Assembly (NCBI GenBank): GCA_030536655.1
Contig: JAUNPN010000001.1
Span: 20,559-84,558, forward strand
Length of the DNA stretch: 64,000 nt
Reading direction: 5' to 3'
Source: a bacterium
GTDB lineage: Bacteria > Bacillota > Clostridia > UBA1381
Under the pieces are notes generated by a model, which saw nothing but the letters and a program-made list of their open reading frames with translations, was not told the origin of the DNA and did no database searches. Numbering within the stretch: the first letter of the stretch is position 1; every line of letters begins with the position of its first letter. Positions 34,460-44,400 of this stretch are shown one piece after another. The translations under genes were made by a program, and so were the position numbers.

Positions 34460-36890
34460 TTTTCTGTATTTCCTCCGGCTTCGTCGTCATATACGAATAC
34501 AGTTTAAGGTCTTTCGGGAAACGGTCTACAAACGGGATAATAACATTTCCGTAGAATAAAAGTCCCTCGCCCTCGTTACTCTGCGTTACATACGATAATT
34601 GGTGAGGGGATATATTAAGCTGCTTCGATAAAATCTGTCTGTCGCCGCCTGCCTGATTGAGCATATAGATAAAATCGGAATTTTCAAAAATATTCTCAAT
34701 CTCTCTTGAAGATAACAGGTCTTTTACATTCTGCGTTATGCCTGTCGGAATACCGCCCCATTTACGAAAGCGTTTCCAAATCTCAACCGAATATGCCGCC
34801 GTCTGTTCTTCCTTTAACAGTAAATGAAATTCGTCTACATAATACCGCGTCGCCTTATGCTCCGCGCGGTTAATTGTTACTCTGTTCCATACTTGGTCTT
34901 GAACAATCAGCATACCCAGCTTTTTAAGCTGCTTTCCGAGTTCCTTAATGTCATAGCAGACAATACGGTTATTCACATTTACGTTTGTACGGTGATTAAA
35001 CACATTCAGCGAACCGTTTACATACAAATCAAGCGCTGACGCGATACGCTGCGCTTCCGGCTCCGGCATAGCTTTAAGCTCGTTATATAAATCTTCCAAA
35101 ATCGGCATTTTGGACGGTTCGGGATTAGCGAGGTACGGACGGTATATATTTATAACCGCTCTGTCAATCACGCTTTTTTCAATCGGTTCAAGTCCGTTCT
35201 TGCCGCCGACAATAAGCTCACACAATGAAAGTATGAAATCTGATTTTAATTGTACAGGGTTTTCATCTTCCGAATAGTTGAGGTTTATATCCATAGGGTT
35301 GATATAATCGCGCGAGTTCGGGGAAATTCGTATAATCTGCCCGTCAAGCCTTGATACAAGCGGCGCGTACTCCGCTTCCGGATCGCATATAATTATATCG
35401 TCCTGCGTTACCAAAAAAGCGTTTGTAATCTCTCTTTTCGCTGAAAAAGACTTACCGCTTCCGGGTGTACCCAAAATCAAGCCGTTAGGATTTTTCAGGT
35501 TCTTGCGGTCAACGAGTATCATATTATTTGACAGCGCGTTTAGACCGTAATATAACGCTTCGCCGCTTGCCTGAAAAAGCTCTTGTGTGGTAAAGGGTAC
35601 AAAAATAGCGGTGCTTGATGTGGTAAGCCCGCGTTGTATCTCTATTTGATTTAAACCGATAGGCACGCTTGACATTAGCGCCTGTTCCTGCTGGAAGTCA
35701 AGACGCTTTAATGCACAGTTATATTTTTGAGCGATACCCTGCGCCGCGAAAAACATATTATCAAGTTTCTGTTTGTTATCCGCCGTATTCATTACAAGAA
35801 CAGTAACAAGGAACATTCTTTCGTTTCTGCTCTGCAACTGCTCTAATAAATTCTTTGCTTCACCTCCGAATGTGGCAAGGTCTGACGGTATAATATCCAT
35901 ATCATAACCGCTTCTGACCGCCTTTTTCTGTTCCTCAATCTTCATCTTGTCAAGGTCGGTAATTTTCCGCTTGACTGTCTTTATAGCTTCCGACTGGTCG
36001 ATAGACTTAATATGAATATTTACGCCTATCCCCATATCAAGGTCGAGGAAATCCGCAAGCATACGGTCTGTAAGCTCCGGCGCAAGTATCTGTAAAAACG
36101 ATACCGTTCCAACTCTGCCGCCCATTCCAAACGTGCGGCTGTCGCGGAAATCAAACGAGGTCGGGGCGATAAAGTCCTTTGAGGAAAGCCCCGTCTTATG
36201 TACCAAATCCCAATGAAAGCCGAATTTGTCTTTTTCGCCCTCATTGAAAGTACAATGTAGAAGCTCTAAACGCTCTAATCCGTTAAGCGGTCTTGCCTGT
36301 ACGCCAAGAGCCTTGAAGTTGCCGAGTATATCCGTTTCGATACGCTCTAACTTCTGCTTAGCCGCCTTTAAGTTATCCGCTTCAATTCCAAATGTGATAA
36401 ATTTGCGCTTTATAATACCGTTATTGCCGCGCGACAACTGATTTTTGAGCATACCCATATACTCAATGCGTATGTCATTAAAATTGTCTGCCTGTTCGGG
36501 AATATGTACGGCTTTTTCATACTCCGCCATATCGACAGTCTGATTGAGGAAAGAAAACTGTACAGAAATTGACTGGTCGAAATAGTTAAGAAAATCGCAG
36601 TAGTTTTCAAATATCTCGTTTTTATCCTCATTCCTTGCAAGCTGATAATTTATATCGAAAAACTGAATTGTTTTTGTAAAATAATTATCCTTGACTTTAC
36701 ATATCCCGTCCGGGTACATTTCCTTATATGGAATAGTCTGCTGTGCTGACGCTGCGCGCCTGCCCTGCATTTGCGCTTTTCTGATAGCTGCCGCAATAGC
36801 CTTTTTCTGTCGTGCTGAAAGCGGCTTATTCGCTGATATTATGTGCTTTTTCTTTTGTTTTGGTCTTGTGTTTGTATTCTGCTTCGGCAA
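34452..36890 (-). CDS. VirB4-like conjugal transfer ATPase (CD1110 family)
   Basis: 812 aa. Walker A GTPGSGKSFSAKRE and Walker B region YYVDEFH. The start may be internal (ATG at 36770), because 36826-36890 overlaps PrgI. Confidence 0.9.
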   Translation of the reverse strand: MPKQNTNTRPKQKKKHIISANKPLSARQKKAIAAAIRKAQMQGRRAASAQQTIPYKEMYPDGICKVKDNYFTKTIQFFDINYQLARNEDKNEIFENYCDFLNYFDQSISVQFSFLNQTVDMAEYEKAVHIPEQADNFNDIRIEYMGMLKNQLSRGNNGIIKRKFITFGIEADNLKAAKQKLERIETDILGNFKALGVQARPLNGLERLELLHCTFNEGEKDKFGFHWDLVHKTGLSSKDFIAPTSFDFRDSRTFGMGGRVGTVSFLQILAPELTDRMLADFLDLDMGIGVNIHIKSIDQSEAIKTVKRKITDLDKMKIEEQKKAVRSGYDMDIIPSDLATFGGEAKNLLEQLQSRNERMFLVTVLVMNTADNKQKLDNMFFAAQGIAQKYNCALKRLDFQQEQALMSSVPIGLNQIEIQRGLTTSSTAIFVPFTTQELFQASGEALYYGLNALSNNMILVDRKNLKNPNGLILGTPGSGKSFSAKREITNAFLVTQDDIIICDPEAEYAPLVSRLDGQIIRISPNSRDYINPMDINLNYSEDENPVQLKSDFILSLCELIVGGKNGLEPIEKSVIDRAVINIYRPYLANPEPSKMPILEDLYNELKAMPEPEAQRIASALDLYVNGSLNVFNHRTNVNVNNRIVCYDIKELGKQLKKLGMLIVQDQVWNRVTINRAEHKATRYYVDEFHLLLKEEQTAAYSVEIWKRFRKWGGIPTGITQNVKDLLSSREIENIFENSDFIYMLNQAGGDRQILSKQLNISPHQLSYVTQSNEGEGLLFYGNVIIPFVDRFPKDLKLYSYMTTKPEEIQKNE

Positions 36891-37242
36891 TTATTTTGAC
36901 CTCCTTATCAAGTTTAATTTGGTTCATAATTGCCGAATACATATTATTTGTTTTATACGGTCTGACTCTCGGCGTCAAAAATCTTGACCGTATATAATTT
37001 CTTAAAATCTTTTCTGCCGGCTGTCCGTCCTTTTCGTACATAGCGAGGAAGAAGAACGGCAAGGCCGCGATTACAAGCGTCATAACCGCGCCGGTTGTGC
37101 CAAGCGCGCCGCGCGTAAGAAAGTATGTCGGAACAGCGACAGCGGCCGCAAGTCCAAAGCATATAAGCTGACGCTTCGTAAGGTTAAAAGCTACCTTTGT
37201 TTTTACGGTAGTTAAGTCTTTTGGTACGGGAACATAAGGCAT
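36826..37242 (-). CDS. PrgI-family conjugation membrane protein
   Basis: 138 aa. MPYVPVPKDLTTVKTKVAFNLTKRQLICFG plus two TM segments. Confidence 0.8.
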   Translation of the reverse strand: MPYVPVPKDLTTVKTKVAFNLTKRQLICFGLAAAVAVPTYFLTRGALGTTGAVMTLVIAALPFFFLAMYEKDGQPAEKILRNYIRSRFLTPRVRPYKTNNMYSAIMNQIKLDKEVKIIAEAEYKHKTKTKEKAHNISE

Positions 37243-37581
37243 TTACCGCGCCCCCTTATCCTTGTTTTTTCGCTTATTCTCAATAGCCGCGACTTTTTCG
37301 CGCGCCCATTCGGGTAAAAGCTCCGGCTTTAATATTCCGATAAAGTCCTGACGGTAGAAATGCACCGCTTCACCGTCCGAAAGAAATTCACCGTAAACCT
37401 TGCGCCCTCTTGCAGTAGGCGAACACCCAAAGCCGCCCGTACAATAGAATAGCTGAAACTCCGGCTTGCAGTATTCGTCGGATAAAATATCCGGTCTTAA
37501 TACCGCAACCTGATTTTTGAAATGAATGTTATCGTCCTTTATACAATGCGATTTATCATATAAAGGTAATGAATTTTCCAT
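37243..37581 (-). CDS. Conserved-looking small ICE protein, unknown function
   Basis: 112 aa, tightly packed between the VirB6-like and PrgI genes. Confidence 0.5.
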   Translation of the reverse strand: MENSLPLYDKSHCIKDDNIHFKNQVAVLRPDILSDEYCKPEFQLFYCTGGFGCSPTARGRKVYGEFLSDGEAVHFYRQDFIGILKPELLPEWAREKVAAIENKRKNKDKGAR

Positions 37582-37607
37582 ATAGTAATCCTCCTGTATT
37601 TTAATTT

Positions 37608-38477
37608 TTAGTGCGCGTTAAATATAGACTTCGACAGGCTTCCGGTCTTGAACAGGGAAAAGCATAGTACAACCGTATATGCCGCAATCGTGAATATGGT
37701 AGTATGCAGATTATTGGTTACAACAAAACCGTTTACCAACGCCGCATAAATGCCTACGCATACCATAATGAAAAAGCCCTGAAAGCCTAACGCCACAAGT
37801 CCGCGCAAATAGTTATTTCCCATTTGCCCCCATTCGCGATTAGTCATTGTCGCAAACGGGATAGCTCCAACCGAGCAATATAAATAAATCTCTATCATAC
37901 GTCCGAATATTACGACGGTAATACAAACGGATAGGATTTTCATACATAAACTAACAAGCGAGGTTTCCAAAACTAATAGGAACAGTTCGCCCATTCCCAT
38001 AGCTTCAAGGGTAGTTCGTATGTCGGCAAGCGCGGTTGATATATCAATGTTCGTGTTCGCACCGATTACCCCCGCGCTCTGCGTTACAACTCTCTGTGCA
38101 ACGTCAAATACCGCCATAGTAATGTCAAAGGTGTGGGTAACAATATAAATTGCTACCCCCGCCTTTAAGAAATATTTGAAGAACATAAATGTGTCTATAT
38201 CGTGCATATTGTTCTTTTCCGTAATCATAGTTATTAGCTCATAGCATAAGACAAAGGCTATAATAAGCCCCGCAATCGGCAGAATAACCGTCTGAGAAAT
38301 ATTCTGTATCAAAGAAAATATGCTTGCGTTCCAGCCCTGCGGCGTCTGTCCGACGTCCGCCGCAATCGTGGCGACTTTCTCATTTACGTCCGTAAACATT
38401 GTTGATAAACTACCCTCAATAAGCGAAATCAGAAAATCGCAAATCGCTTGTGTAATTTTATCAATTATTGAGTTCAT
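37608..38477 (-). CDS. VirB6/TrbL-like polytopic membrane protein (CD0415/CD1112 family)
   Basis: 289 aa, 5-6 TM segments. The N-terminus is MNSIIDKITQAICDFLISLIEG. Confidence 0.8.
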   Translation of the reverse strand: MNSIIDKITQAICDFLISLIEGSLSTMFTDVNEKVATIAADVGQTPQGWNASIFSLIQNISQTVILPIAGLIIAFVLCYELITMITEKNNMHDIDTFMFFKYFLKAGVAIYIVTHTFDITMAVFDVAQRVVTQSAGVIGANTNIDISTALADIRTTLEAMGMGELFLLVLETSLVSLCMKILSVCITVVIFGRMIEIYLYCSVGAIPFATMTNREWGQMGNNYLRGLVALGFQGFFIMVCVGIYAALVNGFVVTNNLHTTIFTIAAYTVVLCFSLFKTGSLSKSIFNAH

Positions 38478-38692
38478 CAGCTAAACAGCCCTGAGAGCAA
38501 GGGAACAAGTGTAGTTCCAATCAGCACGACGCCGCCGCCCGCCATAAGCTGTTTAATTCCCTGCGACTTTGCGCCGGGATTATCGTTACCATATCCCTCC
38601 AAGAGATTGACAACACCCCATACCGCGAGGCCTGCGCCTAACGCTATAACAAGGGTTTTTAAAACATTGACCGCTTCTGTGAAAAATTGCAT
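38477..38692 (-). CDS. Maff2-family mobile element membrane protein
   Basis: 71 aa. LVIALGAGLAVWGVVNLLEGYGNDNPGAKSQGIKQLMAGGG. Confidence 0.8.
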   Translation of the reverse strand: MQFFTEAVNVLKTLVIALGAGLAVWGVVNLLEGYGNDNPGAKSQGIKQLMAGGGVVLIGTTLVPLLSGLFS

Positions 38693-38712
38693 AAATAAAA
38701 TCCTCCTAAATT

Positions 38713-40482
38713 TTAATCTATCTTTTTTTCTTCGTCCGGCACATCTACATTGTAAAGGTCGAATTGTTCGTTTTCCTTTACAACTGCCGGCCTGCGGTTC
38801 AAAAATCGTTCAATGTCAAACTCGTTTTTCTTGTCTGCGTCTGATAAATACTTATAGCGCGGGTGCGCCGTTATATCGTACTTTTCAGACAAAAACGGAC
38901 GGACGCCCCTTAATTGCAAAATGCACTTGCCGCCGTCCATTACTGATAATTCGTCCTGCGTCATCAGCTCCTTTCCTAATTTCTGATAATTAAGTCCGTA
39001 AGACTTTTGATTACTTCGTGTTTCGGAAGTATTGTACATATCAATCGTTTCTTTGCCGAGCGTTTCGGAAATCTCTTTAAGAGTGGTTTTTTCTTTACCG
39101 CCGAGAAATAGGGTAGTATCGCAATTACCTATAATCGTGTCGGCGTTATCTTTGTAAATGGCTTTTAGCTGACTTTGCGCCTGCAAGATTATTGACGCCG
39201 ATATTTCTCGGCTTCGTATTGTGGCAATCAGCTTTTCAAATTTTGGTATTTGTCCGATATTCGCCATTTCATCAAGCAGAAATCTAACGTGTACGGGAAG
39301 TCTGCCGCCGTAAACGTCGTCCGCCTTATCACAAAGCAAATTGAATAACTGCGTGTACATCATAGCGACTATGAAATTAAAAGTGTCGTCAGTATCGGAA
39401 ATGATAACGAACAACGCCGTTTTCCTGTCGCCGATTTTGTCGAGCTCCAATTCGTCATATTCCATTAAGTCCCTGAGTTCCTTAATGTCAAACGGCGCTA
39501 ATCTCGCGCCGCACGAAATCAAAATACTTTTAGCTGTCTTGCCGGCTGCCATTTTGTATTTCTTATACTGCTTTACTGCGAAATGCTCCGGTTCCTTTTC
39601 TTCCAGACGGTCAAAGAGTAAATCAACGGGGCTTTTATAGTTCTCGTCGTCCTCTTTTGCTTCCGACGCGTTTATCATATCTAAAAGAGTTATGATGTTC
39701 TTTTCCTCGTCGGGCGCTTCGTACCAAATATAGCCTATGAGGGCGCAATAATACAGGCGTTCAGCCTTAACCCAGAAATCCTCACTTGACTTTTCGCCCT
39801 CGCCTTTGGTATTCGCAATAAGGGTATTAACGAGCTTCAAAATATCCTTTTCGCTCCTGATGTACTCAAACGGATTATATTTCATACTCTTTTTGAAATT
39901 TATCGTATTAAATGTTTTTATGATATATCCGCCTTTTTGTAACAGCTTCCCGCACTCAATTAAAACCGTGCCTTTCGGATCAGTTACAACATACGAGCTG
40001 TGCATTTGCATTAAATTCGGTTTTATGAAAAACCTTGTCTTTCCGCTGCCACTGCCGCCGATTACAAGAACATTCTTATTTCTTGCGTACTTCGGTATCT
40101 TTGGGCGGCTGTCCATTGTAAGCCGTTCCGTATTCGTGAGAAGAACATTATTATAGAAATTCTGTCCGTCAATATACGGGGCTATGTCTGACGCCGTACC
40201 CCAGCGCGCCGAGCCGTATTCAATGCCGTTTCGGTATTTCTTAGCATTTTTACCCCTGACATAAACCGCGCCTTTAATCAGAAGCGCGGCTATTACTCCG
40301 ATTGATATATCGGTTATGTGGAACGAAAAAAGCGGAGCTTTGTAAAACTCCGCAATTCCCTGAACCAGCGCTATTATTTTATTACCCTCTGTTATCCTGT
40401 ATATATAGCATATCTTATCAGCAATCCAAAAGAACAGAAGATACGGAATGTTTAAAAGAATAAACCTTTTGTCTATCCTCAT
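38713..40482 (-). CDS. Type IV secretion coupling protein (VirD4/TraG family)
   Basis: 589 aa. N-terminal TM segments, Walker A VIGGSGSGKTRF and Walker B region FLLDEMANIG. Confidence 0.9.
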   Translation of the reverse strand: MRIDKRFILLNIPYLLFFWIADKICYIYRITEGNKIIALVQGIAEFYKAPLFSFHITDISIGVIAALLIKGAVYVRGKNAKKYRNGIEYGSARWGTASDIAPYIDGQNFYNNVLLTNTERLTMDSRPKIPKYARNKNVLVIGGSGSGKTRFFIKPNLMQMHSSYVVTDPKGTVLIECGKLLQKGGYIIKTFNTINFKKSMKYNPFEYIRSEKDILKLVNTLIANTKGEGEKSSEDFWVKAERLYYCALIGYIWYEAPDEEKNIITLLDMINASEAKEDDENYKSPVDLLFDRLEEKEPEHFAVKQYKKYKMAAGKTAKSILISCGARLAPFDIKELRDLMEYDELELDKIGDRKTALFVIISDTDDTFNFIVAMMYTQLFNLLCDKADDVYGGRLPVHVRFLLDEMANIGQIPKFEKLIATIRSREISASIILQAQSQLKAIYKDNADTIIGNCDTTLFLGGKEKTTLKEISETLGKETIDMYNTSETRSNQKSYGLNYQKLGKELMTQDELSVMDGGKCILQLRGVRPFLSEKYDITAHPRYKYLSDADKKNEFDIERFLNRRPAVVKENEQFDLYNVDVPDEEKKID

Positions 40483-40967
40483 ATATCGCGCTCCTGTTCT
40501 TTGCGGCGGGCGCGGTCTTTCGGTTTGATAGTCTTTGCAAGCTCCCGCATTTGCGATAACATTTTACGGATTGACGGTTTTTCCCGTAACAGCTTTTGCG
40601 AATACTCCTGAAACGCCATATTGATTACATCAACATCTTTACCCTTGAAGAATACAAGGTACTTCGGCGGTTTCGTGGAATTATCCTTTTTCAAAGCATA
40701 GTCAAGTCCGTACTTTTTCGCCACTGGCTCAAAAGATTTTATATTTTTATTTGTTATCTCAATATTTGAAAGCGCCGCGCCTGACTCTACAAGCTGCTTA
40801 ATCGTCTGCTTACCCTGATAGCCTTTGTTTTTATTTTTCTGCTGCTGTCTTAGGTATTCACGAATTGCCGCCTGCAATACGCGCCCCGTCATTTTGGAGG
40901 CGCTTATAACTAACGCAACTGTTTTTTTATTGATTTCTTCCTGTATAGACATCACTCCTTGCAACAA
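40479..40967 (-). CDS. PcfB-family (DUF3801) conjugation protein
   Basis: 162 aa. GKQTIKQLVESGAALSNIEITNKNIKSFEPVAKKYGLDYALKKD...YLVFFKGKDVD. The start codon is uncertain (TTG at 40967 or ATG at 40952). Confidence 0.75.
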   Translation of the reverse strand: MLQGVMSIQEEINKKTVALVISASKMTGRVLQAAIREYLRQQQKNKNKGYQGKQTIKQLVESGAALSNIEITNKNIKSFEPVAKKYGLDYALKKDNSTKPPKYLVFFKGKDVDVINMAFQEYSQKLLREKPSIRKMLSQMRELAKTIKPKDRARRKEQERDI

Positions 40968-40996
40968 AAAAGCGGCTGTTTTAATATAACAACCGC

Positions 40997-41119
40997 TTAT
41001 TGCTTAATATTCTCTGTATCTGATTTATGGATTATTTCTTCTGCCTTATCCAATCCGTTTATAATCCACTCGTCAAATTCAGTCTGTACCGTATTTGTCG
41101 GTTCTATGCGTTCCTCCAC
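40997..41119 (-). CDS. Possible 40-aa ORF between the ferredoxin and PcfB genes
   Basis: GTG start 8 nt after AAGGAG. Sequence VEERIEPTNTVQTEFDEWIINGLDKAEEIIHKSDTENIKQ. It has the same orientation as the operon, but there is no family evidence. Confidence 0.3.
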   Translation of the reverse strand: MEERIEPTNTVQTEFDEWIINGLDKAEEIIHKSDTENIKQ

Positions 41120-41146
41120 CGTTTACACTCCTTATGTATAATCCAA

Positions 41147-41332
41147 TTATAATACTAATGCTTTTTTAGGACAGAAATTTGAACATTTTCCGCACCTTAT
41201 ACACTTGTCATAATCTATTGTCGGCGCTTCAAAATCTTTCTGACTTAACGCTCCAACAGGACAAACGCTTACGGCGGGGCATTTATGATTTTGTGGACAA
41301 TTTTCTATAATTATCTTTAATTTTTTATCCAT
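41147..41332 (-). CDS. Small 4Fe-4S ferredoxin-like protein
   Basis: 61 aa. One classic CIRCGKCSNFCP motif and an atypical first cluster C-x5-C-x5-CP. Confidence 0.75.
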   Translation of the reverse strand: MDKKLKIIIENCPQNHKCPAVSVCPVGALSQKDFEAPTIDYDKCIRCGKCSNFCPKKALVL

Positions 41333-41357
41333 AATATTCTTTCCTTTCGATTAAAAT

Positions 41358-41386
41358 ATTATAAAGATTATATCATATCCGGTCAA
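41358..41386 (-). promoter_or_regulatory. Consensus sigma-A promoter upstream of the ferredoxin gene and T4SS operon
   Basis: Minus strand: TTGACC (41386-41381) - 17 nt - TATAAT (41363-41358). The ATG at 41332 is 26 nt further on. Confidence 0.6.
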
Positions 41387-41411
41387 CAAACACAATACGC
41401 AAATCAGACAA

Positions 41412-44400
41412 TTATTTTACCCAAGTTTCGCCGCTCTTGCCGTCAACGGTCTTGTGCGTGTTGCTTGCTTCAAGGATTTCATAAAACGCCCAATAGGATT
41501 TATCCTTTAAGTCTGTAAATTTGTTTACGGCTGGCATATTCTTGTTGATGTATTCCGTATCGGCGGCGCGTCCTGTTACGCGGTTTACAATCGTTACAAC
41601 CTCCGCGCGTGTGATGTTGCTGTCCGGCTTAAATGTGCTGTCGCTATATCCGTTTATCCAGCCCATACCGACAGCACTGTAAATATAGCCTGACGCCCAA
41701 TGTGATTTTGGTACATCATTAAAGATATTCTTCTTTGCCGCCGCTGTCTTAGCGTCAAGCTCATAGAACCTTATACACATTGTTACAAATTCGGCTCTTG
41801 TAATATGTTCGTCCGGCTTAAATGTCTTATCGCCATAGCCGGATATTACCTTGTACTTTTCAAGATAGGCGATATAGTTATTAAACCAATCCTTGCCTGA
41901 TACGTCCTTGAATGACGATTTACGGCTTGAAATATTTTCGCCCTTGCGCTCCGCAATATTGCGGGCGAATATGGCGGCTGCTTCTGCTCTTGTCATATTG
42001 TTTTCGGGCTTAAAGGCTCCGTCCTCATATCCTACAACATAGGAATTATGCGTATTTGCCGGCATAATAAGCTGACCGTTTGCGTCGGTTGCTCCGCTTA
42101 CGGAATTATTCTTGTCTTTGAGCGTAACATCAATGTTTGGTGCAATTTTGCCCTTGTTATCGGTTACGGTAATTGTATAATAATTATCATCAAGAGTTTT
42201 GCCGCTCGGAAGCGTCAAAGTGATTTTATCGTCCTTGACGGTCTTATTTACATTGACGGTCTTTCCGTCCTTATCGACAACCTTTACAGTATATGACGGC
42301 TTGACATATCCGCCACCGCCGCCGCTTCCTCCTGAAGAAGAACCGCCGCCACCGCCTGTTGAAGTCTTGACGGGAACAGTGATTTTACCATTTGCGTCGG
42401 TTGCTTTTGTCGCTGTCTTGTTATCCTTATCGGTAACAGTTACGGAAATATCCTTAACCGCTGTATTATCCTTGTCGCTGACGGTTACAGTGGTTTGATT
42501 ATCTGTATTGAGCTTGTTTCCGTCGGGAAGAATAACGCTGATTTTACCGTCCTTAACCTCAACGGCGGCATTTTCAATTTTCGCCTTTGTGTCCTCGACA
42601 ATGACATTGTATGTCTTTTCGCCCTCAACAACCTGTGCATAGCCGTTTTTGTCTGTACGGTCTGTATTTGTCGGGGGAACAACCGCAACGCCCTCACTGT
42701 TTGTAAGGTCTTTTGCTTCCGTTCCGTCCTTTGCAATTACGGTAACAGGTACGCCGTTTACAGCTTTTCCGTCCTTATCTGTAATTCCGACAATAATTCT
42801 GTTATCGGGAGTGATACCCTTTTCATCAGGGAGCTTAACCGTAACGCTGCCGTTTTCCTTGTCAACGCTTACGATAGCGCCGTTTACAGCGCCGTCATTG
42901 TCATTTACAGATACCTTATACGAATAATCGGGAGTGATAACCTCGCTTCCGTTATCTGGATTTACGGTAGGCTTCGGCTTTTCCGTTTCGCTCGGCTGTT
43001 CTGTCGCGTCCGGCTTTTCGGTTTCTGACGGTTTATCCGTCGAGCTCGGCTTATCTGTTGCGTCCGGCTTCTCTGACGGTTCGGGAGTTTCAAGACCGGG
43101 TTTTGTTGTCGGTTCAGGCGTCGGTGTCGGCTTATCCTCAATTATATTTTCATTCAGCGGAGGAACAGTGATTTTTCCGTCCTTGTCGGTTATCTCGGTT
43201 CTGTCGCCGCCTGCATTGTCATAGACGTTTACGCTTACGCCCTCAACAGCTTTTCCGTCATTCGTCTTTACAATTACAGATGTACGGTTATGGTAATCAA
43301 TTTTTTTACCGTCGGGGAGGCATACCATAACGCCGTTATCGTCAACGGTTACAAGTGCCATATATACCGGTTCCGTTTCGTCCTCGACAAGTACGATATA
43401 TCCGTTTACATTCGCCGTACCGTTTTTGTCCGTGTACGCCTGATTTTTATTCGGTAATGTAGCCTGACCGTTTGCGTTTGTAACGCCCTTTTCGATATAG
43501 TCGCTGTCGCCTATGACAATTACATTGACATTTTCCTTTGCTTCGCCGTTCTGGTCTTTGACCGTAACAGTAACGCGGTTGTCGCTGTTCATAGCCGTAC
43601 CGTCGGGAAGTTTTACGACAATATCGTGATTATCGCCTATGTGAATATCACAATCGGAAATGACGGTATCGTTTTTGTCTGTAACGGTAACAACATAAGT
43701 ATATTTTGTTTCGCCGTTATCGCCGCCGATAGTACCGTTTTCATTACCCGTTGAGCTCTGATTATTCGGAACAATAAGCTGACCGCCTGCGTCCGTCTGA
43801 CCTGTTGCAGCGTTGCCGCTCTTGTCGGAAATATTGATATTCAAGCCCTCTGCCGCTGCCTTTGTATCTGTACGAACAACCGTAATTGTCGTTCTGTCCT
43901 CATAGTCAAGCAATCTGCCCTCCGGCAGCTTAATTGTGATGTTATCGCCCTTGTCAATGCTGATTTCTGAATTAAAAACAGGCTTGCTGTCCTTATCGGT
44001 AATCAGAATACTATAATCACCGACTTTTGAATATCCGTCCTCGTCCGAATTGTCCTTATCGGTAAGCTGGGGGATTTCCTCAATTTTAAGGACGGTTTTA
44101 CACTCTGTACATTCAATATGCCTGTTGCCCTCATTCTCAATCGTGGCGGGGACGTCAATAATCCAATCTGACGGCTTGTGTCCTTTTGCCGATACCTCGT
44201 CGGCTCTGTAAGTTTCGCCGCAGTTTTTACAGGTGTATGTTGTATAACCCAATTCTGTACAGGTGGGTTCGGTTACTGTTGTTTCGTAATCGTGAGCGGT
44301 CTTTGCCTGCTCGTTTCCGATATATGAAATTCCGCAGTCTTTACAGGTAAAGGTTGTATATCCTATACCCGTACAAGTAGAAGTTGTGATTTTTTCCTCA

